DNA from: Oikopleura dioica
Lineage: Eukaryota > Animalia > Chordata
Assembly: GCA_907165135.1 (NCBI GenBank)
Contig: OU015569.1
Span: 4,464,001 to 4,528,000 of the forward strand
Direction of reading: 5' to 3'
DNA: 64,000 nt
Shown here: piece by piece, positions 49,665 through 61,494 of the stretch
Layout of the letters: the number at the start of each line of letters is the position of its first letter
Numbering within the stretch: position 1 is the stretch's first letter
Program-made: the position numbers and the translations under genes
The notes under the pieces: generated by a model
Told to the model about the DNA's origin: nothing
Database searches by the model: none
What the model saw: the letters and a program-made list of their open reading frames with translations, nothing else

Positions 49665-52454
49665 TTAATTTTCTTCGAGTCTTGGAAGTTTGAATTTTGG
49701 TTCAGTTAGTTGATCAAGAGCTACTCCCGTGTAACAATTTTAGGGTAGGGTGGGTTGCGTCATTTCAGCGCTGCGCTCCCGGTACAATACCCACCACACC
49801 GCCCGCAGCAAGCGCCTTTCTCAAAAAGCGCCATCTCTATTGGATTTTACGCTCGCTGCGGGCAGTGTGGTAGGTATTGTACCGGGAGCGCAGCGCTGAA
49901 ATGACGCAACCCACCCTACCCTAAAATTGTTACAAGGGAGTAGGTCTAAAATGCGGGGTGTTTGAAATGTGGAGAAGGGATGGTGGCGCTCAAGTGAACG
50001 CGAGCGAAAGGTGTAGGAGAGGCGCGCTCCACTTTCAATTTGTGTAGTATTTGCGCGCTCTCGCTGCCGGGGGCGCCATGCCTAAATGGGCGAGGATATG
50101 CCCTATTTTGTCGCTGCATGAGTGGCTTTTGCACTGGGCGGGAAGCCTAAAAAGCATTAACGCGCCCTATCCTCTCGGGCCGAGAGTCTCGGCGTGTGAT
50201 TTTTTGACCTACTGTCGAGAATCAGATGCAAATATCACCGGGTGATTTACACAAATAAGTTCCCGGAAGCGTTAAGCTTATTTTCAAATTTATCTACAAG
50301 ATGATTGGGGAGACTCCCCAATATTTCATTATTATACCACTATAAAGATTAATTTCTATAGTATTTTTATATAATATTTATTGGATAATTGAAATAAAAT
50401 ATCAGAAAATTAGATATTGAATACCATTTATGTTTTATAAAAGTTTTTTGCACATTATAAGCTACAATTTATAACACATAAAGTATTGATAATCGAAATT
50501 AAATATAATAACTAATGCTGAAATAAGCTTTTAAGGATATAGCCTTGAATATTGAACTTTCGTAGCGCCGAATCCCTGTTACGAATTCATTCATTTTTCA
50601 AATTAACCCTACCTAAAATTCATCGTAGATTTCGAAAATGACCTTATTTTTAGTACTTTCTATGGTGTTTGTACCTAAAAATCGCCTTTAAAATAAAACA
50701 GACCGTCGTTCTCTGAAAATTTCCATTAAAAAGGTAAATCTGGATTGATGATATGAAAGATTGAAGCCTTATCTCCAATCTAGCGGTGGATTTTGTAAAA
50801 ATATTGAAGATTATGGCTTCTAGGAACTGGTTTATGATTGTACTTCGAAATGGAGAGTGGCGCGCGCTGCCAATCAGAGCGAGGGAGAATCTCAGTTAGA
50901 TTTCGTCCAAGCTGTCGACAAAATTTCTCGCGTAAAATAGGATGAAACAGGTTTTTAAGTGTGTCCAAAAATGGTGGAGCATTTTTGAAGGTGTTAGAGT
51001 CGAGATATTTCGATTCTCTCTTTTGCACCTTGTTGGAGAGGGTCTGTAGTGTGTTAAATAAGCTTTTGGTGTTATTTGCACTTGTGGAGGTGGAGTTATG
51101 ACGTCACAAAGTTGAAGGCGCCCTTTTATAATGCATTTTGATGACGTCATAACTCCACCACCAGAATAGTTATAGACACCAACTCTATCTAAAATGAATA
51201 AACCAATACCCGGCTACATTCTGCAAGTTACAGATCGTAATTATATTAACCCAATCAAAAGTTACGAAAATTTTTGGTCACACTTAAAAACCTGTTTGAG
51301 CGATGGCTGAGTGAGATTTTCCCCTCGCTCTCATTGGCTGCGCGCGCCACTCTCCTTTTCGAAGTACAATCAAAAACCAGTTCCTAGAAGCCGTAATCTT
51401 CAATATTTTTACAAAATCCACCGCTAGATTGGAGATAAGGCTTCAATTTTTCATATCATCAATCCAGATTTACCTTTTTAATGGAAATTTTCAGAGAACG
51501 ACGGTCTGTTTTATTTTGAAGGCGATTTTTAGGTACAAACACCATAGAAAGTACTATAAATAAGGGTTTTTCGAAATCTACGCTGCATTTTAGGTAGGGT
51601 TTCTTTGAAAAATGAATAAATTCGTAACAGGGATTCGGCGCTACGAAAGTTCAATATTCAAGGCTATATCCTTAAACAAAAATTTCAATCTGATTGCTGA
51701 TGTTCACTTGACAGGCAAGTGGAATAGCGCTCAGCGCGCAAGGTTCCTAAAAGGCGCGGTAGACCTATTTTTAATCGCTCCACTTTCAAAATTTTCACTC
51801 CACTTTTCGTTTGTGGAGGGCTTTCCACCGCGCATTTGTGGAGCAATCGGGCGCTCCGCCTTTCGCGCGTGTACACTTGAGCGCCCCCGCCACTTCTCCA
51901 CATTTCAAACACCCCGGATTTTAGACCTAGATCAAGAGTGCTCCGCGCGCCGAAGGAAGCAGATTTTCTTCTGTATTCCTTAGCAGCCTTTCTTTCGTCG
52001 TTTCTCGCGATTTCAACAGCGACGGTAGCTTCTTCAAGAGTGTTTTCGAGCATTCTCTGCTTTTCAAGAACTTCAGATAACGTGGCACTCGCCGAGTATA
52101 AATTCGATTCCATTATTTTTTCGCGTTTAGCAGATCATTATACTGTCCATTGGCTTTATCGAACCAGTCTTGCCATTCGTTTTTCTTCTGAAAATTTTGG
52201 AAATTTTTGAATTCAAAAATTTTCGCGAGCTAATTGTTTGCGTTTTTAGCTTACCTGGTTTGTTTCCTCGAGCTTTCTTTCGTTTTCCTTTATTTTTTGA
52301 GCTCGTTGATTAAATTGCTTTCCGCAATTCTCAATTTAACGGCGAGTTCGATGTCATTCTCTTCCGCCCAAACTATCGTTTTGTAAAGAGAGTTCGGAAT
52401 CGGTCCTGAAAGACTTTCTTCTAAATTTGAGAGCTCCATTTTTTCGTCGTTCAT
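49665..52454 (-). CDS. ~170-aa coiled-coil protein whose last exon is interrupted by a transposon
   Basis: MNDEKMELSNLEE...KSASFGARSTLD at 52454..51931 continues beyond the insertion as QLTEPKFKLPRLEEN* (49712..49665); two single-base shortfalls in A-runs. Confidence 0.65.
49724..49940. mobile_element. Tc1/mariner (Stowaway-like) MITE inserted in the terminal TA of the larger element
   Basis: ~86-bp near-perfect inverted arms (49724..49809 / 49855..49940); CTCCC...GGGAG ends; TA on both sides. Confidence 0.88.
50535..51671. mobile_element. Foldback element with TTAA TSD and GG...CC ends (Kolobok-like), nested
   Basis: ~360-bp inverted arms (50535..~50894 / ~51312..51671); TTAA at 50531..50534 and 51672..51675; further internal inverted repeats. 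Confidence 0.88.
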
Positions 52455-52559
52455 TTTCGCCAGTTTTCGAAGTTGCTAGAGCTCTGGAGGATTTTTAAAT
52501 GATGCTGTTCTTTGTTTGACTTTGATGAACGAACGAGTAAATTCAATCAATTCAGAATC

Positions 52560-53947
52560 ATGTTCGGGCGCATTTTGCGTAGACAGAAGCTCTTTCGAAG
52601 CCACTTTCGAAATGCCTCTCTCTTCGGAAAGGAATACAAGGAAGATCACATGACAAATCTTACCCCACGGATCATCAACAATCTTGTGGGTACCAAGACT
52701 TGAGTAAAATCTTAATCAACTTTAGTAGGGAAACCACAAGCACCGAATTCCCAATCACCCCATCGAGATTATCAAAAACGAAATTTACAAATATTTCGAT
52801 CAAAGCAGCACGAGCTTCGCCAAGTTCGAAGAACTGAGCCCGATCGTCACTGTCGAGCAAAACTTCGACTCTGTCCTTATTCCAAAGGAGCACGTCTCGC
52901 GCGACAAGAAAGACAATTACTACATAAACGAAGAACTTCTCCTGCGAGCGCACACTTCCGCGCACCAAGTCGAGCTTCTCCGCAAGGGCGAGTCCTCGTT
53001 TCTATGCTGCGGCGATGTTTATAGAAGAGACACGATGGATAGATCTCATTATCCGATTTTTCATCAAATGGAAGGCGTGAGACTTTTTCTGAAGAAGATC
53101 TCGCCCTGCCTCTTTTGAAAGTGGGAAAGAGCGAACTGATTTTTGGTTAGTTTCCGTTTCCCATTTTATGTTGAAATAATCTTTAATTCAGCCAAGAAAA
53201 CTATTCATCAGAGGCAGTGAAAAAGTCGAAAATGACTTGAAAAGAACGCTAGAAGGATTGGTAAAACATTTATTTGGAGAGAATGTTGAGTACCGATGGA
53301 TGGACGAGTACTTTCCTTTCACGCATCCGAGTTTTGAAATTGAAGTATTTTATGAAGGCGACTGGCTGGAAATTCTCGGCTGTGGTATCATGGAACATAG
53401 AGTGCTTGTGAACGGAAAAGCGGAAGGTTTGCAATATTCAAGTCACAAATATGCATGACATTTTTAGATAAAATTGGATGGGCTTTCGGTCTTGGACTGG
53501 AGCGTCTGGCGATGCGTTTATTCGATATCAAGGACATTCGACTCTTTTGGAAGTCCGAAGTAGTCCAGGAGCAGTTCCAAAACTTCACCGGCGACTTCAG
53601 ACAATTCAAATTCGTTCTTCCAGAGAGGAAGATTGAACCAGCAAAATTCGACCTAGCATTTTGGGTTCCGGAAGGTTTCCACGAGCACGATTTTTACGAT
53701 ATCGCGCGAAATATAGATGTTGAGGATGCTATTGAAAATGTCGAGTTAATCGATGTATTCACGCATCCCAAAACCGGAAAGGTAGTTAGGATGTTTATTT
53801 CGACCATTAAAAAGGCATGTTCAGACGTCTCATTGTTACCGAACCTTCTACCGTGGCGCATTAAAAGGGCTGCAGTTCAAAGATGTCGAACACATAGATT
53901 CTGCGATCCGAGCTGCCTTGCAAGAGCAAGGAGCCGGTCTTCGATAA
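52560..53947 (+). CDS. FARS2: Mitochondrial phenylalanyl-tRNA synthetase
   Basis: QNFDSVLIP; [10 protein letters not shown]; GDVYRRD...[10 protein letters not shown]; [13 protein letters not shown]; [13 protein letters not shown]; anticodon-binding domain FTHPKTGK. Confidence 0.96.
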
Positions 53948-53989
53948 TTTAATGTATTAGTTCACGCCTTTACAATTCTCCTCTTTAGA

Positions 53990-54643
53990 ATGGATTGGCT
54001 TATCTCAAAATTGCCGACATCGATGCTCGAGCGATTGAATGATCCAAGATATGGGCCGTATGTCATCGTCAACTGGACTGTTATTGATTTCCGTAAGTCT
54101 TTTGGGCATTGTAGTCATTGATCAATTACTAGTTTTCTGTCTTGGTGCTGCGAGTGGCGGAGTAGTGCTAGCGCGCACAGAAGGCGGAAGAAGATTCGTC
54201 ATCAAAAGCCAAAAACGATACCAGACGAAGCTTGCCAAGCTTGAATACAAATATAGTCCGAGGCAAACCGTGCAAGGTAGAAGTACTAAATTTCAAACCT
54301 AGAAAGACACTTTGTTTCAGGGAAAGAACTATCGAAAGAATGGACTCAGCTGGACAGAATGCGCGCTTCTCTTTATAAATCTACTGTGTCGATTCATCCC
54401 AGTAGTTTCCAATTCGCGATGTTAAGCTTTGCTGTCTTCTGGATCATCGCCGGCCAGTTGAGTCCGGTTTATCTGCCACTGGCGGTGTACGTCACTCCGG
54501 CCTCTGTCGAGTACTACGAAAGATGTTTTGATAGAAACGTCCCCGTGTTGAAATACATCACTCCAATTTCCGAATACGCTGCCACGCTGAGCTTTGTAGA
54601 GTCCTTCGCCACGAAAGTTGAGTCGGAGCTTGTTTCAAGATAA
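53990..54643 (+). CDS. Small hypothetical membrane protein (three exons)
   Basis: MDWLISKLP...; in-frame GT-AG introns; hydrophobic segments LFCLGAASGGVVLA and FAMLSFAVFWIIAG. Confidence 0.7.
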
Positions 54644-54720
54644 CAACTGTTAAAAATTCTTCTTTCTGTAAATTCAATAATTCTCAAATTAAAAATCGCT
54701 TTATGACACTTTGATTCAGA

Positions 54721-55928
54721 ATGCTGAGAGTGAACGAGAAACTCGTTCAGGTCTCATCGCGGACAGGGATGAGAGGAAAACGAATTCCAACACGACCAGG
54801 AAAATCCTGGGTTAAAACGAGACCCGAAAGACTTGCGGACTCTAAGCTACCACTGGCCCTCGCGAAAGGTAATAGAAAAATATCGACTAGACAAAACTCT
54901 TATGTGATATTAGTTGAGGAGAGGAAATACGCCGAGGATTACACCAAAACCACATGGGATCCACTTTCTGGCAGAGCACCTAGACCTGCGGCTGGTTCTG
55001 ATGGCCAATTTGAGCACACTCATTTCATGTCGCAGGTTTTGCAGAAATAATTGTCAAAGAAAAAAAGTTTTCTAGGATAATGTAAGTCCGAGCATGGACA
55101 GGAGTGCTTGGGAGCTGGGTTTCGAAGGCGCGGCCGAAATGTACCCTGACTCGCCTGTAGAGGACCAGCCAGATATTTGGATAGTCCGCCGCATTCAGCC
55201 AAAGTACAACCCCCGTCTTGTTAACAGAAAAGGTACGTCTGAAGGTCCTTATCTGGCTTATTTTCCTCTCTCAAGGATGGTATGATGGCTATATCTACAA
55301 AGACCACGAAAAGACACTTATCTACGAATCAGAGCACCGTCTTCCCGCCAAGGTACTCTTTTGATATCAATTCAAATGTCTCATTCTCTTCCAAGGTGCA
55401 ATCGATCCTCCACGAAATGAACCTTCTGAACATCAACGACATTTCTGTTCAATTTAACACCGCAGAGGTCAACGATTTGCTTTGGGAAGTGAAGAGTTAC
55501 GTCTCAATCATGCCCCTGCGAATGCCAGATGGTTTGCCGGAGACAGAAATCGATTTAGAAAACTTTCGACTTTTATCCACTGGCGAGTTGATAAACTCGG
55601 CTTTGCGCTTGCCCAAGGAGAGGATTCTTAACAAAAAATATTTCAAGTAGCGACTAGTTCAGCAGATATCCAATTTTAAAAGCACGTGAAACAATACTCA
55701 ACCCAGCCAGCGAAGGGAATAAAGCTAAAGGAAGATACAAAAGACTTGGAATCACTCAAAACTGGAATAGATAGTCGTCAAATGAAATTTGGGCACAATT
55801 TGACGCAGTGGCAAGAAAATTGGTCTTTTGAAGAAAGTAATGCTGCGCCAAGGCGCTTTTCTAATGCTCCTAAAGCGTGGGCAGATGATAGTTTTATTGC
55901 TAAATCTTGTCGGAATAAAATAAATTGA
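54721..55928 (+). CDS. MRPL30: Mitochondrial ribosomal protein L30 with extensions
   Basis: IWIVRRIQPK; NTAEVNDLLWEVKSYVSIMPLRMPDGLP...LLSTGELI matches the MRPL30 C-terminal signature. Confidence 0.8.
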
Positions 55929-55999
55929 ATTTAAAAGCGTATTTGAGAACACTCAAAAGACATATTTGATTGTTGATGATTCTGTGGTCGATTCACTTG

Positions 56000-56810
56000 C
56001 AATAAAAATCGCAAAAATACTGATAAATCCGTGTTTTATGCAAGATCACGCAATCAATTATCAGAAAGGTTGCGAAAAGCACTTCAAATCTTCCCTTGGC
56101 GCATTTTTCGCAGAGAGCATTTAGTAAACAAAATCGATTCTAGAGCTCATTTTAATGCTTTTTCACTGTTGTTGACTTACGAATGGAGCAAAGTTGTTGT
56201 TGAGTTTAGGTCACGTGACGTGCAAAAAGCCGTCTCTAGAATGTTGTTAGGGATCTGTCAATGGGCGGGCATTTTTGATTTTTGCTCATTCCACTCTGGG
56301 AACTCTCAGAGTCCGGATCGGCGCAGTTTTGAGGTAATTTTTAGAATTCGGATTTCGACGCTAACGCTGACTTTTTAGTGATTGAAGAGCTGTGCGATCG
56401 TGTCCTTCAAAAGGATTCAAAATCTACAACTGCCGAGGCAGTTGTACATTCTACTCCGAACAAGAGCCTGAAAAGGTGCTTCTTCTTGTTTAGGCTCCCA
56501 AAAGGGGGCCTGAATAAAATCAATTTTCCTGCAAAGGAGGCTCAATGCTCCAAATTCACCTGAATAAAATCAATTTCCTTTTCATAAAAATCACAGTTGC
56601 TAAAGTCAAATCTTTCTTTAGCACCTTCTTTGTCTTTCTTGTTCTTTTGGATGGTAGTTTGCTTAGAAAAAGGTCGCTAGGGTAGTAACTACCCGGTGTT
56701 CTAAAACAAGGGAGTTAAGATCTCAAGCAGTCAAAAAATAACATATCCGGTGCGTGTTCTAGAGCCAAATGAAATAGCTTTTTATACAATTTTAGATAGT
56801 CTATTCATCA
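56000..56810 (-). CDS. Possible small multi-exon gene, boundaries uncertain
   Basis: Coding-like minus-strand segments RFDFSNCDFYEKEIDFIQ / APFWEPKQEEAPFQALVRSRMYNCLGSC joined by a 50-nt GT-AG intron. Confidence 0.35.
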
Positions 56811-56864
56811 AAGAATATGTAACATATTATATGTTCATCTCTAGGTCTGCATTTATTTCAAAAA

Positions 56865-58576
56865 TCACTTGTACAAAATAAGTGGGTCGTTCAATATTTC
56901 TCTATATTCAGTAAATTTCCGGCTGATAAACGATATCATCTCCGCATACATTTCCTGTGGGTTTTTCAATCGGAGGATCCTTTTAAATTTATCGCCATGT
57001 AATATTTGAAGTGTTTCGCTTGGTGGTATCTGGCTCCTCTAAAATCGTGTGATAAATCATTTTAATAGATTATTTTTACCTTTGCAAGCAATATTCCGAG
57101 GCCACAAATAGTGATCCTGGAATATTTCCACTCTCTCGCATGATCGCAAAGTTTGACGGATCATATGAATGTCCTTGAACATCAACCATCGTATTGCAGT
57201 TGCTGACTCTCATGCACACCCCGCAAACAAACTAATAATTGTGAGCTTTAAGAACTAATAATCATCCCTACCTTGTTTGGTGAATAAAATTTTTGGGTGC
57301 GCCAAATTGGATGACGATTTAGTCTCTCGATTATAGCTTCTGTCCAAGCACACGTTGAGAACTTTGAACATACGGCGTCGAGAGAATCGTCGAACTTTTT
57401 CATCGGTTTATTGATCTTGTCCCCTAAGCTTGCAAATATTGATTGACCTTCAATAACATTTTCATTTTGATTAAGTTGTTGAAACGCTAGCCAAAGGAAA
57501 ATGTTTATGAATTCCTCTCGAGTGATATTAGGATCGTCCATCGAAACTCTTCACACAGGCTATTTCAGGGATAAGTGTATCTCTGTGAAACAATCAAAAA
57601 CTTTCAATCGTAAATGTTCAGTTGCTACTTTTGATCACCACAAAATTTATCCCGCCATCCTCCGACATATTTTTCCTGCTAAATTTGCAGATCAAATACC
57701 AGAATACTCAACTTGTTAGTTTATCCAAACAAGAAGTGAAAAGATTTCAGCCTGCAAAAATATTTTATTGTTTATTCTTGTCTCAGGCTGAAAATTTCAG
57801 GTTTCGAAGAATATATTGAAGATATTCAGGCTATATTTTCGTTTGAGGAAGTTTCCCGTTGCAAGTTATATTGTAGTACTCTTGGCAAACGTACTGGATG
57901 ATGAGATTGCAAAGTTCTTCCTGTTGCAACTATCAACAAAGTTGTAATCGTCATAAATTTCAATAGACTGACATAAATTAATGTGCCGTTGTGAAACTGC
58001 GCATATCTTGGCTTGAAGTACTTTTTGTAGATTATTTCAGAGAGGCTGAGGCTCTTAGTAGTTTCATCTTCGACGGCGCAAACATCGATTGTGTGATTTG
58101 AAATTTGGATGTCTCCATCGGCCTGATTTTAAAAATGTTAGCGCGGCGAGATTTATTCCACGCTAAACGGAATCTTACCCAACTCAGCGTCGTGAAAAAT
58201 ACTGTCACTATGGCAAGGATGAATCCAATAAAAATGTACGCCTTATAAAAGCTTTAGTTTCCGCTTAGTTTGCGTTATCTTATATGACAATATAATTATT
58301 TTAATAGCTTTTCCAGAAAAAGACACGCTCGCTCTTGAATCCCACCGTTCAGCGGGCCAGAACTCCGCCTGAAAATATCAATTAGAATGATTTGGCTTTA
58401 TAAATCGCAACATAACTTTCGAGTTTCTCTTCAAAAGTGAGACTTCCAACGGAAAATCGACGTATTCTCGGTTTGACCTGGCTTGATCGTAGTGCCCTAG
58501 AATCTTTCTTTAGCGAATTTCAAGTTAAAATAGAATACATAAACATCTTTAGTTGTATTCACCGAATGCGCTTCAT
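56865..58576 (-). CDS. Hypothetical type II membrane protein, multi-exon
   Basis: Basic N-terminus, signal anchor AYIFIGFILAIVTVFFTTLSW, Cys-containing luminal exons including the 57248..57541 ORF. Confidence 0.55.
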
Positions 58577-59031
58577 CTCAAATCTGGAAAGAATGAATCA
58601 CAAGTTCTAATCATGTGGATGGGTTATGAAAGAATATTGCATTAGAGGTATAGATGGTGATATTCCCACTTAACCCAATTCCTGAATGCAAGATTGTCAT
58701 CGAATTTAGTTGGCTTTGGCGTGGACCACGCCGCGTGGTTTACCTAATATTCTGACTTATCAGAGGTTGATTTTCAGGTTCAAGAAAATAAATTATCTGA
58801 GTCACTTCTTCGGATTCGCGACGAGTAAATTGAACAAATGAGCAGGGTGATTATATTAGAACGCATCTATCGTGCTCAAATTGCTCCATGATTGAGCCCA
58901 ATTTTGAGCATTAAAACCGCGGCGATATTTTCGATCTCCGTAGAAAATCCTCTGCCCTCGCGCGTGCTAGAGGAAGCACTTTTCGGTCGACTTTTGTAAA
59001 GCATCTAAATTAAAAAAGGAGATAGAGACAA

Positions 59032-60713
59032 ATGTTATTAATTTATGGCCTTGTTGCCCTTGCCACCGGTAAGTTCATTTCTAAAGAAACACAAACTAAA
59101 ATGCCGTAGCTCAAAATGCGGCCATTATCACCAGTGGAACAGGCCCGATGACGAGTGAAACCCTTTTCGAAAAGCAGGACGAAGTGGCGGACTACATCAA
59201 TGTCACCTGCACCGAAACAAACATGTGCATCAAAATCGATACGCAGTACTTTCCATTGCGACGAGATCATCCTCTGGAACCGGACGCAATCTCTATGGTC
59301 ACCCCAGACTGCAGAAATAACCGAACAGTTATTGGAAGTACCCTTATCGTCTGCACGAAAGAGTACGGCGATCCTACTTGTCCAAAGGTCTTCAAGTAAG
59401 TGGAATCAACTACGATTCGGCTTAATAAAATCCCATTTCTAGTCTCAACAGCACCCATGCATCCTACCAAGTGACTCTCAACACACAGAATACTACTGTA
59501 GAGAACACTGCTCCAAACGGAGCGACAAATATTACAATCTTTCAGGTGCTATTTTTTCACAAGTATTTTCGCCATTTAAGTTTTTTAGTACGAATTGCCA
59601 TTTTCCTGCACTTATCCGTTGGATTATCTTCTGACACTGTCCAGTCTCAACGGTGATGAATACGGTTATTACATTCCAAAAATCTACACCCCGAAGCTGA
59701 TCACTCTGCTCATCCCAGATGGCGAAGGTAAAGGCGAGTTCCCGGTCGTCATGCTTCTTTATGTAAGAAAAAGTGTTTAAAGTAGCCGAAGTAATGTTTT
59801 ATTTTCTTCAGGAAAATCAAGACTACCAGAATGTTTATCAAGAGTCTCCAACAATCGATGTTGGAGAAACCTTATTCGTGCGAATACTTCTAAAAAGAGC
59901 CCTGCTAATTCAGTGATTCAAGCACGAGAGTGCTGGGCCACACCGACAAGCGAAATTGCAGTCAACAGATTCGATCTTATCACCGACTACTGTGCATCGC
60001 CAGTAGAGAATATTCAACAGGTAAGATACCTATCCTCGGTTAAGTCATCTAAGCTTGATTAGGATCCTGAAGTGAACATTCTCAACAACGGTGATACAAC
60101 AGACGTGAGATGGACATCGAAAGTATTCAAGTTCGACGGAACTGAGAACAACCGTGTTTACCTTCACTGCAGAGCGCGCATCTGCTTTAACACCAACGGC
60201 GATCCAGCTGAATGCGACAAGTTGAACACTTGCGCTAACAGGAGACGAAGAGCGCTAGTGGGATCTGGCGGTTTGGGTGTCAGGTTTTTATAAATATATA
60301 AAAAATCTTCTTCAACAATAATATCTAAGTATTTAAAACTTTGCTGGATTGATCAAATTAACACGAGATTTTAGCCCGGCTGAAGAATACTCCGAAGAGG
60401 TGGAGTTAACCACTGGCCCTATCTACATCACTGAGAACGGAGCGAAATTCGTCGTCGCTGGTGAGGATGGTGATGAGGTTGCTGTTCCCGTTCAAATCGC
60501 CGAAGTCGGCACTCTTTCGCCCTACGTTGCATGGATGATTATAGGGACGGTTGAGAACTTTAGTAATTTGACCAATCTTCTCATAGTTAAATTTATTAAA
60601 ATACGGTCATTTTATGAACAAAATCTCATCCGTGAACAGCCGCACTTGTCCTCGTGATGGTTTTCCTGAGCTTACTCCTCGTTATCGTCGTCAAAAAGCG
60701 TGTTTCAAAGTAG
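59032..60713 (+). CDS. Zona pellucida (ZP) domain type I membrane protein
   Basis: Signal peptide; LPFSCTYP; ECWATPT; VFKF...VYLHCRARIC; furin site RRRR; EHP-like ELTTGPIYI; C-terminal TM. Confidence 0.92.
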
Positions 60714-61062
60714 AATCCGTATTCGAAAATCAAGCGCTGTAAAAATGTAAAAAGCCTTCCGTCCTTACCTTTGTAAAACGATATTTGGTACTATTAGACA
60801 ATTACTATTCCATGATGATAAACTATGAAGCAACTAACGAATGAAGAGCTTGATTTTGATTTTCCTGCAATTGATGCTTACTCTCAATTGATTATATGAA
60901 GAATCTGCCCTGATTAGTTACAAGCAGAGTTTTGAATAAACATAAAATTCAATTTTTGTTTGTATTTTCGATTCAGCATTATATTTTCAATTTGTTAAAA
61001 GTAAAGCAAGTAATCAATGCAGTGAAGGATAAGTTCAGCCTTAGAAATAACTTCTAACTAAG

Positions 61063-61494
61063 TTAGAAGTGATCGTCTTCTAACTGTTTGAACGCTGCGC
61101 GAAGTATTGTCTTGTTACCCTGGCAATCCGTGTGAATCGCCATTGCGTGATGTCCTTCCATTGAAGCTTTCTCGAGGACTGTAGTGATGATTTCGTATTC
61201 ATCGTCTGATTCAGCCTCTGTAGCTTCGTTACTATTTGCCGCTGGCAGCGATGGGTACTTCTTCGTTAAAGCGTGAGCAGGACTCTTTTTCGTGGCTCTT
61301 TTAAGTGCGGTTCTATCAATTTTTATGCGGACGCCAACAGGTTTTCCCTCTATTTTCTGCTTTTTGGAGGAATTTTCTTCGTGTGATTCAAGTTTTCGCT
61401 TTTTCGAGGAATCTTGGCTCCAGTTGCTCATTGCTTCCAAGCGACGATAGGCGTATACTTCTTGAAATTTTTGAAAAAATCGAGGGATTGACAT
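61063..61494 (-). CDS. Hypothetical 143-aa protein with NLS-like motifs
   Basis: Single-exon ORF; KKRKL and KKQKI motifs; acidic patch. Confidence 0.55.
   Translation of the reverse strand: MSIPRFFQKFQEVYAYRRLEAMSNWSQDSSKKRKLESHEENSSKKQKIEGKPVGVRIKIDRTALKRATKKSPAHALTKKYPSLPAANSNEATEAESDDEYEIITTVLEKASMEGHHAMAIHTDCQGNKTILRAAFKQLEDDHF

Larger units (their letters stand above)
49721..51930. mobile_element. Composite non-autonomous DNA transposon, CTAGG...CCTAG ends, 8-bp TSD
   Basis: TSD ATCAAGAG at 49713..49720 and 51931..51938. TIR CTAGGTCTAAAAT(G/C)CGGGGTGTTTGAAATGTGGAGAAG at both ends once the small MITE is removed. No transposase ORF. Confidence 0.9.

Noticed and set aside
51685-52113. 142-aa ORF as a transposase or independent gene
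   Set aside because: It is a chimera of the host exon and read-through into the TIR; no DDE or DNA-binding motifs.
52110-52300. Two frameshifts suggesting the coiled-coil gene is a pseudogene
   Set aside because: Both are one-base shortfalls in A-runs, and the same pattern appears in FARS2 (~53085) and the ZP gene (~59893). Homopolymer sequencing error is more likely, though true decay cannot be excluded without reads.
53075-53110. Programmed frameshift or pseudogenisation of FARS2
   Set aside because: One extra T in a T-run restores VRLFSEEDL; this is an essential gene, so assembly error is likely.
60810-60915. C/D snoRNA or SECIS-like element (ATGATGA...CTGA)
   Set aside because: No terminal stem or recognisable guide, and no in-frame UGA selenoprotein upstream.
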